Shown here: positions 7,322 to 15,981 of the stretch, in pieces
How the letters are laid out: every line of letters starts with the position of its first letter
Numbering within the stretch: position 1 is the stretch's first letter
Origin: Acidimicrobiia bacterium
GTDB taxonomy: Bacteria > Actinomycetota > Acidimicrobiia > Acidimicrobiales > JANYDT01
Assembly: GCA_043739745.1 (NCBI GenBank)
Contig: JAYUDQ010000022.1
Location: forward strand, 1-43,958
Direction: 5' to 3'
Length of the DNA stretch: 43,958 nucleotides
Notes under the pieces: model-generated
The model's database searches: none
Told to the model about the DNA's origin: nothing
The model's input: the letters and a program-made list of their open reading frames with translations, nothing else
Translations under genes and position numbers: made by a program

Positions 7322-8383
7322 ATGCGTGCCGTCGTGATGCGTCAGGGGGCGCTCGTCGTTGACGAGGTGCCCGAACCCGCTCTGCGCGCAGGGCAGGTGC
7401 TGGTGCGAACGGTCGCCTGCGGGATCTGTGGGTCCGATCTGCACTTCATGAAGCACGCGCACCGGATGGTGGCGTTGTCGAAGGAGGCCGGAGGCATCTT
7501 CCGTCTCGACCTCGACCGTGATGTGGTCATGGGGCATGAGTTCGCGGCCGAGGTGCTCGAGCTCGGCCCCGATGCCATGACCTCGGCCGTTCCCGGTGAT
7601 CTCGTCGTCTCGATGCCCATGCTCTTCGAGAGCTTCCCCCCGAGCGCGGAGACGGTGAAGGGCATCGGGTACTCGAACGACCACTCCGGTGGCTACGGCG
7701 AGCGGATGGCACTCAGCGGACCTCTGCTCCTCAAGGTGCCCAATGGCCTCCCGGCAGATCACGCGGCGCTGACCGAACCTATGGCGGTCGGGCTCCACGC
7801 CGTGGCGAAGTCCCGGATCGTCGCAGGCGAGGGCGCCATCGTCCACGGCTGCGGACCGGTCGGACTCGCCGTGATCGCCGCCCTCCGCCTCGCTCGGATT
7901 GACGTCATCATTGCGTCCGACTTCTCGCCCGCCCGGCGGGCTCTGGCCACGACGATGGGTGCCACCGGAGTCGTTGATCCTGCCGCCGAGCTGCCCCTCG
8001 AGGCCTGGGTGCGCACCACCGGCTGGAAGGGCGGCGGGCTGGGCGCGATCGCGCCGCTTGTCCAATTCGACGCCATCGGGGTGCCGGGGATCCTCAACGA
8101 GCTCATGAAGCGAGCGCCACGCGGGTCGCGCATCACCGTTGTGGGGGTCTGCATGGAGGCGGACACCATCCAGCCGATCTTCGGCATCAACAAGGAACTG
8201 CAACTCCAGTTCGTGCTGGGCTATGCCCCCGACGAATTCGCCGCCACTCTTGCCCACCTCGCCGAGGGACGCATTGACGGCGCTCCGCTGATCACCGGTC
8301 GAGTCGGCCTCGACGGCGTCGCCCAGGCGTTTCTCGACCTGGGCAACCCGGAGCGTCACGCCAAGATCCTCGTCACCCCGTAG
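7322..8383 (+). CDS. Zinc-dependent medium-chain alcohol/polyol dehydrogenase family protein
   Basis: 353 aa. Carries the GICGSDLH catalytic-zinc motif, the GCGPVGL Rossmann motif, and typical MDR length. Confidence 0.85.
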   Translation: MRAVVMRQGALVVDEVPEPALRAGQVLVRTVACGICGSDLHFMKHAHRMVALSKEAGGIFRLDLDRDVVMGHEFAAEVLELGPDAMTSAVPGDLVVSMPMLFESFPPSAETVKGIGYSNDHSGGYGERMALSGPLLLKVPNGLPADHAALTEPMAVGLHAVAKSRIVAGEGAIVHGCGPVGLAVIAALRLARIDVIIASDFSPARRALATTMGATGVVDPAAELPLEAWVRTTGWKGGGLGAIAPLVQFDAIGVPGILNELMKRAPRGSRITVVGVCMEADTIQPIFGINKELQLQFVLGYAPDEFAATLAHLAEGRIDGAPLITGRVGLDGVAQAFLDLGNPERHAKILVTP

Positions 8384-8438
8384 CGAAACTCGGGTGCCCG
8401 TCCGCCGGGGGCATTGCCGCCGCAGGTAGCCTGCGTGA

Positions 8439-9635
8439 ATGCCGTTCTCGCTCGACGTCGTCGTAGTCGGTGGCTGCGGCCATGTGGGTCTGCCGCTCGG
8501 AATCGCCTTCGCAGAGCGGGGCATGCGGACCGTCGTCTATGACATCAATGCCGCGTCGGTGGCCCTCGTCAACAGCGCCACCATGCCCTTCGATGAGCCT
8601 GATGCACCGCCCGTGCTGGCGCGGGTCATCGGAAACGGCACCCTCCGTGCTTCGAGTGATCCTTCGGTGATCAGCGAGGCCGAGCATGTCGTCGTGGTCA
8701 TCGGCACACCTGTCGATGAGCACCTCAATCCGGATGCGCGGGCCGTTCCGGATGCGGTCGCTGCACTCGTCCCCCACCTCCGGACAGGGCAGCTCCTCGT
8801 TCTGCGCTCGACCGTGTTCCCCGGGGTCACTGCGCTCGTCGAGCGTGAACTCTTGAGTGCCGGTGTCGCCGTCGACGTGACGTTCTGCCCGGAGCGAATC
8901 GCCGAGGGCAAGGCGATGACCGAACTGTTCACGCTGCCGCAGATCGTGTCGGGCCGATCCGCGCCAGTGCTGGCGAGGGCCGACAAGCTGTTCTCGAACC
9001 TCACTGCGCAGACCGTCCATCTCGAGCCCGAAGAGGCTGAGCTGGCGAAGCTGTTCACCAACACCTGGCGCTACATCAAGTTCGCAGCATCGAACCAGCT
9101 CTACATGATGGCGAACGACTTCGGCCTCGACTTCGAGCGAATTCGCTCGGCCCTGGCCTTCGATTACCCGAGGGCTGCCGATATCCCAAGAGCCGGATTT
9201 GCTGCTGGACCATGTCTTTTCAAGGACACCATGCAGCTTGCTGCCTTCAACGACAACAAGTTCCTCCTTGGTCATTCAGCCATGCTTGTCAATGAGGGAA
9301 TGCCCCTCTATGTCGTGTCGCAGATCGAGAAGCAGTACCCAAATCTCGGTGATCTGACCGTAGGTATTCTCGGCATGGCATTCAAGGCGGAGTCGGACGA
9401 CATCCGATCGAGCCTCTCCTACAAGCTGCGCCGCATCCTGCGCTTCAAAGCCGCACACGTTGTCTGTGCCGACCCGTATGTCACCGTCGATCCGGCGCTG
9501 ATCTCGCAGGAGGACCTTCTTGCACAGTCGGATGTCGTGATCATCGGCGCTCCGCATGGCGCCTACCGCGACCTTCAGACCGACGTGCCAATCGTGGACA
9601 TATGGGGCGTGACCGGACGCGGCGTGCGCGTCTGA
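8439..9635 (+). CDS. Nucleotide-sugar dehydrogenase (UDP-glucose/GDP-mannose dehydrogenase family)
   Basis: N-terminal Rossmann VVVVGGCGHVGLPLG. Catalytic-Cys context AGFAAGPCLFKDT. C-terminal GMAFKAESDDIRSS motif. Confidence 0.85.
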   Translation: MPFSLDVVVVGGCGHVGLPLGIAFAERGMRTVVYDINAASVALVNSATMPFDEPDAPPVLARVIGNGTLRASSDPSVISEAEHVVVVIGTPVDEHLNPDARAVPDAVAALVPHLRTGQLLVLRSTVFPGVTALVERELLSAGVAVDVTFCPERIAEGKAMTELFTLPQIVSGRSAPVLARADKLFSNLTAQTVHLEPEEAELAKLFTNTWRYIKFAASNQLYMMANDFGLDFERIRSALAFDYPRAADIPRAGFAAGPCLFKDTMQLAAFNDNKFLLGHSAMLVNEGMPLYVVSQIEKQYPNLGDLTVGILGMAFKAESDDIRSSLSYKLRRILRFKAAHVVCADPYVTVDPALISQEDLLAQSDVVIIGAPHGAYRDLQTDVPIVDIWGVTGRGVRV

Positions 9636-9643
9636 TCACGTCA

Positions 9644-11698
9644 ATGACGCCTGTTGGATCGCAGCACAGCGCGTCGCAGCACAGCGCGACTGATCTATCC
9701 AGATCACCGGGCCTGATTCGCGGTATCGGCGCGTTCGCTGTGCTCGTCATGGCCTGGCCGGCAATGCTGACCCGACCAACCACCGGGAGCGACATGTCCT
9801 GGGTGCTCGCCATCGCCGAAGCCCATGTGCAGGGCGTGCGCTGGGGCCACGATCTCGTCTTCCCGTACGGGCCGCTGGGTTTCATGATCACCGGGTCGGC
9901 GGCGCACGGCTGGCAATTCGCAACGGCCGTGGCCTATCGGCTCGGCCTGATCGCGCTGCTCTACGGATCGGCCGCCGAGGTGGCCCGCCGTTCGGATCGG
10001 CGCGCGCTCGGTACGCCGATGGTGATCGGCCTCGCATTGCTCGTCGGGGCCACGAACGCGCCTGCGGAACTGCTGATCGCCGCCGCCTTCGTCCGGCTGT
10101 TCTCGGCCCGCGAGGGTTTGCGGGCGGCAGACGCAGCCGGTGATCTCCGCAGGGTGCGCGAACTGCTTTGGCGATCGCAGGTCGAGGCGTCGTGCCTGGC
10201 TGCGCTCGGCCTCGTCGCCAAGTTCAGCGTCGGCGTCACGCTCGTGGTCCTGGCCGTCGCTCATTTGGTTGCTGTCGTGGAGCTGACCCGGCGCACAGCG
10301 GCGGGACGGACAGCCATCGGTGTTCTCGTGGCCGGTCCGTTCCTGGGAGCGGCGGCGCTGATCGGGTTCTGGCTGGCCGCCGGCCAGCGCCTCGGCGACC
10401 TGCCGGTGTACGTACGCCGTTCGTGGGCACTCAGCTCGGGCTATGTGCAGTCGATGTGGCTCGACAACACCTCCGACCGCTTCGGGATCATCGTGGCCGC
10501 CCTAGCCGTCGTCGTTGTCGGTGCGGTGGTCCTCCGATGGCGCAACGCCGGACAGACGCGGTGGCGTAACGCCGGGCCGACAAGGTGGTGGACCGAGGTG
10601 ATCGTGCTCGCGCCGGTCCTCGCGGTCGTGTTCCGGGCTTCGTTCACCCGTCAGGATTCGGGCCATACATTCATCTTCACGGGCTTGGCCGGGCTGCTCT
10701 GCATCCCCTACCTGGCGGCCTCATTGCGCCGGTCCGAGTGGAGCGTGGAAGCCCTGGTGCTGGGCACGGCGGCCGTGGTCGCTGTCGCACAGATGGGCCA
10801 GTCCGTCAGCGTTGTGCTCGACCCCGCGCCTCGCGTTCGCGACGTGCTCGGAACCATCGAACTGCTCGTCCGGCCGGGGGCGCGCACCGACTTGCTGCGG
10901 GAGGCGTCGGCCGTATTTCCCGAGTCGGCCGACGTCGCAGGGCTGCTTGCCGGGATCACCGGCGGACCAGCGGACCGAAGCCCCGGCTCGCCGTCGCCTC
11001 GCATCGCCGTGATTCCGCTCGAGACGAGCATGATCTGGCGTTTTCGCCTGCGCTGGTCGCAACCGCCCGTGCTCCAGCGTTACAGCGCGTACACGCCAGG
11101 TCTCGACCGTCTCGACGCGTCGTTCCTGGCCTCGAAACGGGCTCCGGCCTACGTGCTCTACCAGTCGGGTCGCAGCATCGACGGGAGGCTCGTCGCGGCC
11201 GAAGCGCCACGCTCGCTGCTCGAGCTCACGTGCAGGTACAAGCCGGTTGAGGCCCGCGGCACGTGGACGTTGCTCCAGCACCTGGACCGATCCCGCTGCG
11301 GGCGGCCGACGATCCTGCGATCGCGCTCGGTGCACAACGGCCGGGTGACGGCCCTCGACCTGCCCGACGCGCCGCCGGGAACGCTGATCTACGCCCTGAC
11401 GCTGAGCACTCCGCAGCGTTCGTTCGTCGAACGGCTGTGGACGGCGATCCTGCGGCCCAGCCGGGAGGACACGATCATGATCGGCGGCGAGCGGCGGCGG
11501 CTGATCGCATCGTCGTACGGTGCGCCGATCCCGCTCACCGGCCCGTCCGGTCCTGGCGACGCGCTCGTCAGCGGAATTGTGGGTGACGTCGGGCCGGTTC
11601 CCGAGACGCTTAGTATCTCCGGTCCGGGTTGGGGCGCCGTTGTCGCAACGATCTCGGCGTATCCCGCGGTCGATCCGGTTGACGGGGCGACCGGATGA
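9644..11698 (+). CDS. Large polytopic membrane protein with C-terminal soluble domain, function unknown (glycan-cluster associated)
   Basis: 684 aa. About 10 hydrophobic segments in the first 400 residues, then a roughly 280-aa non-hydrophobic region. The ATG at 9644 lies 8 nt after the upstream stop. The stop overlaps the next gene as ATGA (11695-11698). Confidence 0.6.
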   Translation: MTPVGSQHSASQHSATDLSRSPGLIRGIGAFAVLVMAWPAMLTRPTTGSDMSWVLAIAEAHVQGVRWGHDLVFPYGPLGFMITGSAAHGWQFATAVAYRLGLIALLYGSAAEVARRSDRRALGTPMVIGLALLVGATNAPAELLIAAAFVRLFSAREGLRAADAAGDLRRVRELLWRSQVEASCLAALGLVAKFSVGVTLVVLAVAHLVAVVELTRRTAAGRTAIGVLVAGPFLGAAALIGFWLAAGQRLGDLPVYVRRSWALSSGYVQSMWLDNTSDRFGIIVAALAVVVVGAVVLRWRNAGQTRWRNAGPTRWWTEVIVLAPVLAVVFRASFTRQDSGHTFIFTGLAGLLCIPYLAASLRRSEWSVEALVLGTAAVVAVAQMGQSVSVVLDPAPRVRDVLGTIELLVRPGARTDLLREASAVFPESADVAGLLAGITGGPADRSPGSPSPRIAVIPLETSMIWRFRLRWSQPPVLQRYSAYTPGLDRLDASFLASKRAPAYVLYQSGRSIDGRLVAAEAPRSLLELTCRYKPVEARGTWTLLQHLDRSRCGRPTILRSRSVHNGRVTALDLPDAPPGTLIYALTLSTPQRSFVERLWTAILRPSREDTIMIGGERRRLIASSYGAPIPLTGPSGPGDALVSGIVGDVGPVPETLSISGPGWGAVVATISAYPAVDPVDGATG

Positions 11699-12627
11699 GC
11701 ACTGGGCGCCGCCATATGCAGGAACACAACCAGGCCAAGGAGGGCGCGGTGACCGTGCAACGAGAGGAAGCCGGGACAACCGACGCCGGCGACGACAGCT
11801 CCGTCGACCCCACGCTCGACAGCGCTTCCGGTGCCGACCACCGCTTCATACGCCGCATCTCCGATCCCATCCCACACGACCACCTGCAGCACGGTCCGCG
11901 GGTCTCGATCGTGGTCACTGTGTTTAATGAGGGTGACACGATCGTCGGCTCGCTCGATCGGATCTTCGAGTCGGTTCGGCTGCCGTGCGAGGTGCTCGTC
12001 GTCTACGACTCGCCGGACGACACGACCGCACCCTTCGTGGCCGAATACGCGGCGCGTGACCTCCGGGTGAAGCCGACATTGAACACCTACGGGCGGGGGC
12101 CGGCGAGGGCGATCCGTTTCGGCGTTGACCATGCGGCCGCACCTGTCGTCGTAGTCACGATGGCTGATGGGTGTGATGATCCTGCGCAGATCGATCCGCT
12201 CACCCGCCTCGTGGAGCGTGGCGTGGTCGTAGCCGCTGCGAGCCGCTACATGCGTGGTGGCCAGCAGGTGGGTGGGCCGTGGTTCAAGAGCACGTTGTCG
12301 CGCCTGGCCGGACGCACGTTGCACACGTTCGCCCGGGTCGGCACGAACGACGCGACGAACTCGTTCAAGGCCTACAACGCCGAGTTTGTGCGGGCGGTGG
12401 GTATCGAGTCCGACGCCGGGTTCGAAGTCGGCCTTGAACTCGTGGCCAAGGCCCGCCGGTACCGTCAGCCCGTCGCCGAGCTGCCCACCATCTGGCTGGA
12501 CCGTGCTTTTGGTGTGTCGAACTTCAAGCTTGCCAAGTGGCTACCGAAGTATGTGCGCTGGTACGTGTACGCCTACGGCCCCAAGCTTCCTCTGCCCCCT
12601 TCCGCGTCTAGGCACGCGCACAGCTAA
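11695..12627 (+). CDS. Family-2 glycosyltransferase, polyprenol-phosphate sugar synthase-like (DPM1/ArnC/PpgS type)
   Basis: Carries VSIVVTVFNEGDTI, VLVVYDSPDDTT, VVVVTMADGCDD and NDATNSFKAY. Size and motif order match soluble or peripherally bound GT2 enzymes that load sugars on polyprenyl phosphate. Confidence 0.8.
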   Translation: MSTGRRHMQEHNQAKEGAVTVQREEAGTTDAGDDSSVDPTLDSASGADHRFIRRISDPIPHDHLQHGPRVSIVVTVFNEGDTIVGSLDRIFESVRLPCEVLVVYDSPDDTTAPFVAEYAARDLRVKPTLNTYGRGPARAIRFGVDHAAAPVVVVTMADGCDDPAQIDPLTRLVERGVVVAAASRYMRGGQQVGGPWFKSTLSRLAGRTLHTFARVGTNDATNSFKAYNAEFVRAVGIESDAGFEVGLELVAKARRYRQPVAELPTIWLDRAFGVSNFKLAKWLPKYVRWYVYAYGPKLPLPPSASRHAHS

Positions 12628-12642
12628 CGAAAGTACGTGTAC

Positions 12643-13680
12643 ATGTCATCGTCGAAAGTTCTTGTTACCGGCTCGGCCGGCTTCATCGGCGGCTATCTCG
12701 TCGAGGAGCTTCTGGCCCGCGGCTACCACGTGGTCGGGATCGATAACTACTCGAAGTACGGCAAGGTCACGAAGAGCTACGACGACAGCCCCGACTACAC
12801 ATTCGTCGAGGGCGATTGCACCGACATTGCGCTGATGTCGGAGTTGGCGGGTGACTGTGACCACTTCATCGCCGGCGCTGCGTTGATCGGCGGCATCTCC
12901 TACTTTCATGCGTACGCGTACGATCTCATCGCGACGAACGAGCGGATCATGGCGGCCTCGTGTGACGCGGCGCTGAAGGCGTTCGCGGGCGGGAAGGGCC
13001 GCCTGCAGAAGGTCACCTACATGTCGTCGTCGATGGTGTTCGAGTCGACCGACCACTGGCCGTCCGTCGAGGGCGACGAGCGCAAGGTTCCGCCGCCTCT
13101 GTCGAGCTACGGGTTTCAGAAGCTGGCCGTCGAGTACTTCGCGAAGGCGGCGTGGGACCAGTACAAGCTGCCGTACACGATCGTGCGGCCGTTCAATTGT
13201 GTCGGTGTTGGTGAGTCGCGGGCCAAGGGTGAGCACGAGATCCTGTCCGGGAACGTCAAGCTGGCCATGAGCCACGTCGTGCCTGATCTCGTGCAGAAGG
13301 TGCTGAAGGGCCAGGACCCGTTGCATATCCTCGGCGAGGGTAACCAGGTCCGGCACTACACGTATGGTGCCGACCTGGCCAAGGGCGTGGTCACCGCCAT
13401 GGAGCATCCTGATGCTCGCAACGAGGACTTCAACCTGTCGACGGCGGAGTCGACCACGGTGCTGGCGTTGGCCGAGATGATCTGGGACAAGATCCACAAA
13501 GGATCGAAGCCCTTCGCGTACGTGTCCGATGACGGCTTCGAGTACGACGTCCAGAAGCGGGTCCCATCGACCGAGAAGGCCAAGCGGGTGCTCGGCTTCG
13601 AAGCCACCACCACACTGTCCGACATGCTCGACCTCGTAATCCCCTGGATCACCACAGCAGTCGAAACGGGCGACATCTGA
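12643..13680 (+). CDS. NAD-dependent nucleotide-sugar epimerase/dehydratase (extended SDR)
   Basis: Carries VLVTGSAGFIGGYL and catalytic Y-x-x-x-K (YGFQK). The ATG at 12643 is preferred over the GTG at 12637. Confidence 0.85.
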   Translation: MSSSKVLVTGSAGFIGGYLVEELLARGYHVVGIDNYSKYGKVTKSYDDSPDYTFVEGDCTDIALMSELAGDCDHFIAGAALIGGISYFHAYAYDLIATNERIMAASCDAALKAFAGGKGRLQKVTYMSSSMVFESTDHWPSVEGDERKVPPPLSSYGFQKLAVEYFAKAAWDQYKLPYTIVRPFNCVGVGESRAKGEHEILSGNVKLAMSHVVPDLVQKVLKGQDPLHILGEGNQVRHYTYGADLAKGVVTAMEHPDARNEDFNLSTAESTTVLALAEMIWDKIHKGSKPFAYVSDDGFEYDVQKRVPSTEKAKRVLGFEATTTLSDMLDLVIPWITTAVETGDI

Positions 13681-13715
13681 GCCGCGCCTGGGCCTTCGTC
13701 CGGCGCCATCCCGTC

Positions 13716-15368
13716 GTGGCGCTCATCCCTGTGGCGTACGGTTATCTGCTGTGGCTCGCCACCTCGACGGGACAGTGGTTCTACGCCGACGAGTGGGAGT
13801 TCATCACCACCCGTTCGCGGCCGCCGCTATCGCATGTCGGCGACCTCGCCGACGTCTTCTTCCGGCCCCATAACGAGCACTGGTCGACGCTGCCGGTCAT
13901 CCTGTACCGGGCCATCTTCGGCGTCGTCGGGCTGAAGGCCTATTGGCCGTACCTCGTGGTCCTCCTCGCGCTGCACTGCAGCGTTGCCGTTCTGCTGGCG
14001 CGACGGTTGCAGCGGCACGGTGTCTCGGGCTGGATCGCGTTCGCCGTCGTGGCTGTGTTCCTGTTCTACGGCGCTGGTTCGGAGAACATCTTCTGGGCGT
14101 TCCAGATGGCGTGGATGGGGTCGGTGGGTTTCGGACTGCTGATGATGGAGGTCGCCGGCGGTGACCGTTTCACCCGAGGCCGCGTCGTGCTGGCGTGGAC
14201 GTTCGGCGTGGCCGCACTGGCGTGTTCGGGTGTTGGCATCTCCATGGTCGCGGCGACGGTCCTTGCCGTGCTGCTGCGCCGAGACTGGCGCGATGCGCTA
14301 CGGGTTGCCTGTGTGCCGGCGCTCGCCCAGGCGGTCTGGTACGTCAGCTACGGGCGGAGCGCGAACGAGGCGAACCCGATCGACTGGTCGAGCGCTCCCT
14401 ACCAGTTGGGCAGTTACGCGTGGCGGGCGATCACCAGCACGGTCGACCGCACCGTCGGCCTGGGCGGGATCGGTCCCCTTGCGGTAGTGGTTCTCATCGC
14501 TGTCGCGGCGCGGACAAGCCGGTCGTTCGTCGACCGACACGCCGAAGTGCTGTCGCTCGCCGGCGCGTGCGTGGTGTTTCTTGCGCTCGTCGGGCTCGGC
14601 CGCGTCGGCATCGACTTCCCGCAGGCGTCGCGCTACAGCTACGTGATCTACGTGCTCGTCGCACCGCTCGTCGCGGTGCTCGTGCGCGACGCACTGGCAA
14701 CGTCGGGTGCCGCTCCCCGTTGGATCGCGATCGGCCTGATGGTGCTCACGTTCGGCTACTCGTTCGGCACGCTGAACGACGACGCAAAGACGGAAGGAAA
14801 GCTCGAACGCAAGATCAAGCGCAGCGTCGTCGCGGCGTTCACGGTTGCTCGCTCCGGGTTCGCTGCGCCGAACGCCATTCCCGACCCGTACAGCGGCGAC
14901 CTCACCATCGCCCGCGTCCGGATGCTCCTTCGCCAGGGCATCGCGCCGAACGGTGAGCCGACCGCGCAGGCCCTCGCCGACGTGATCGCCCGAACGTCGG
15001 TCGACATGACCGTGCAGCCCCGCGTGCCGTTGGCCGGCGACGCGCTGGTCATCGCCTCGCTCGGGCGGGTGACGGCGCAGCCGATCGAGACGGGTTGTGT
15101 CGGGTTCTTCCCGGTCGGGGCCAACCCCCAGTTCTCGCTCCTGCCCCGTCGTCCGGCCTCGATCAAGATCGTGCCCCTCGTCACCGGAAAGATCGTGGTC
15201 ACGGTCAAGCGCAACGGACGGGCGTCGCCGCCGATCGATTTCAACGTCGTGGCCAACAACCCGGTGTTCGTGAACCTCACCGATCCGCGCAACGAGTATG
15301 TCATCGGCATCCCGTCCGACGGCGAGACGAAGGCGTGCGGCATGGGCCAGTCGATCCCGGCCGGGTAG
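13716..15368 (+). CDS. Polytopic membrane protein, candidate GT-C-type glycosyltransferase
   Basis: 550 aa. About 10 hydrophobic helices, then a roughly 170-aa C-terminal soluble domain. An acidic FYADEWEF motif follows the first helix directly, reminiscent of loop-1 D-E/DxD motifs of GT-C enzymes. It lies adjacent to a GT2 polyprenol-P sugar synthase-like gene. Confidence 0.6.
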   Translation: MALIPVAYGYLLWLATSTGQWFYADEWEFITTRSRPPLSHVGDLADVFFRPHNEHWSTLPVILYRAIFGVVGLKAYWPYLVVLLALHCSVAVLLARRLQRHGVSGWIAFAVVAVFLFYGAGSENIFWAFQMAWMGSVGFGLLMMEVAGGDRFTRGRVVLAWTFGVAALACSGVGISMVAATVLAVLLRRDWRDALRVACVPALAQAVWYVSYGRSANEANPIDWSSAPYQLGSYAWRAITSTVDRTVGLGGIGPLAVVVLIAVAARTSRSFVDRHAEVLSLAGACVVFLALVGLGRVGIDFPQASRYSYVIYVLVAPLVAVLVRDALATSGAAPRWIAIGLMVLTFGYSFGTLNDDAKTEGKLERKIKRSVVAAFTVARSGFAAPNAIPDPYSGDLTIARVRMLLRQGIAPNGEPTAQALADVIARTSVDMTVQPRVPLAGDALVIASLGRVTAQPIETGCVGFFPVGANPQFSLLPRRPASIKIVPLVTGKIVVTVKRNGRASPPIDFNVVANNPVFVNLTDPRNEYVIGIPSDGETKACGMGQSIPAG

Positions 15369-15420
15369 TCGTCCGGCCTTCCGCAATCACCCGGCTCCGC
15401 AAGCCTGGGGTGGCGGCCAC

Positions 15421-15798
15421 GCTCCTCGCTCTCAACGCATCCGGTACTCGCCGATCACTGCACTCGAGTACCGCTTCACGGCGTCGGATGCTGCGGAGTG
15501 GGACCTCCTTTCGAGCGTGCTCGACGGATTTGCCCGAGCGCCGATGGTTGCCGGGATCTTCGAACGTTGCGACGAAGTGCAGCGACTTCTTGCCGATCGA
15601 GGGCTCAAGGGACGCAAGCCGCCCGATCTCGTGATCGCCGCACACGCGGAGCTCGCCGGTCTGACCGTCGTCCACTACGACCATGACTTCGAGCACATCG
15701 CATCGGTCACTGGTCAGCCGGCGATCTGGATAGCGCCGCCCGGTTCGCTGGATTCGAAGTTGGTGGTCCGGGCTTTCGGTGATCCAGAACCGCGGTAG
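15421..15798 (+). pseudogene. 5'-truncated PIN-domain (VapC-like) remnant
   Basis: The C-terminal two-thirds of a PIN fold are recognisable (PITALEY ... DLVIAAHAELAGLTVVHYDHDFEHI). The N-terminal acidic beta1 motif (xxDTS/N) is missing. The upstream in-frame sequence is Arg-rich and overlaps the preceding gene. No antitoxin ORF is adjacent. Confidence 0.4.
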
Positions 15799-15981
15799 CG
15801 GTGGTCTGATCTGCCGCCGGCTCGGTGCGGCAGTGACCAGGATCACCGTGGCGGTGCATTGGGGTCAAAAGAGGCGGTTCTGTGGCGCAGGAACACCTGA
15901 AGGTGGATCCTGTCGCGGAACACGGCGTCTTCGGCGTCCGGTACAAAGGAGCCGCATTCCACGCTCGTTGAACAAGCCCGC

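Noticed and set aside
7118-8524. 468-aa ORF antisense to the Zn-ADH gene. The same applies to similar long shadow ORFs at 4725-6557(+), 17714-19294(+), 19116-20312(-), 23753-25702(-), 26304-28256(+), 39984-41762(+), 40792-42474(-) and 42436-43887(+).
   Set aside because: Their translations are Arg/Gly/Pro-rich with no recognisable motifs. Each fully overlaps a motif-rich gene on the other strand or in another frame. These are typical stop-poor shadow frames of high-GC DNA.
15095-15634. An alternative frame (LLALNAS...) considered as the missing N-terminal strand of the PIN domain via a frameshift.
   Set aside because: The candidate lacks the essential Asp. It also lies only a few residues from the PITALEY segment, whereas about 35 residues are expected between these PIN elements. 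No frameshift reconstruction is supported.
15799-15981. The 183-bp gap between the PIN remnant and selB, examined for small genes, riboswitches or terminators (for example the hairpin CTGCCGC-N9-GCGGCAG at 15811-15833).
   Set aside because: Only a generic 7-bp hairpin without a U-tract was found. The translations are not protein-like enough to call. There is nothing I can support beyond a possible terminator.
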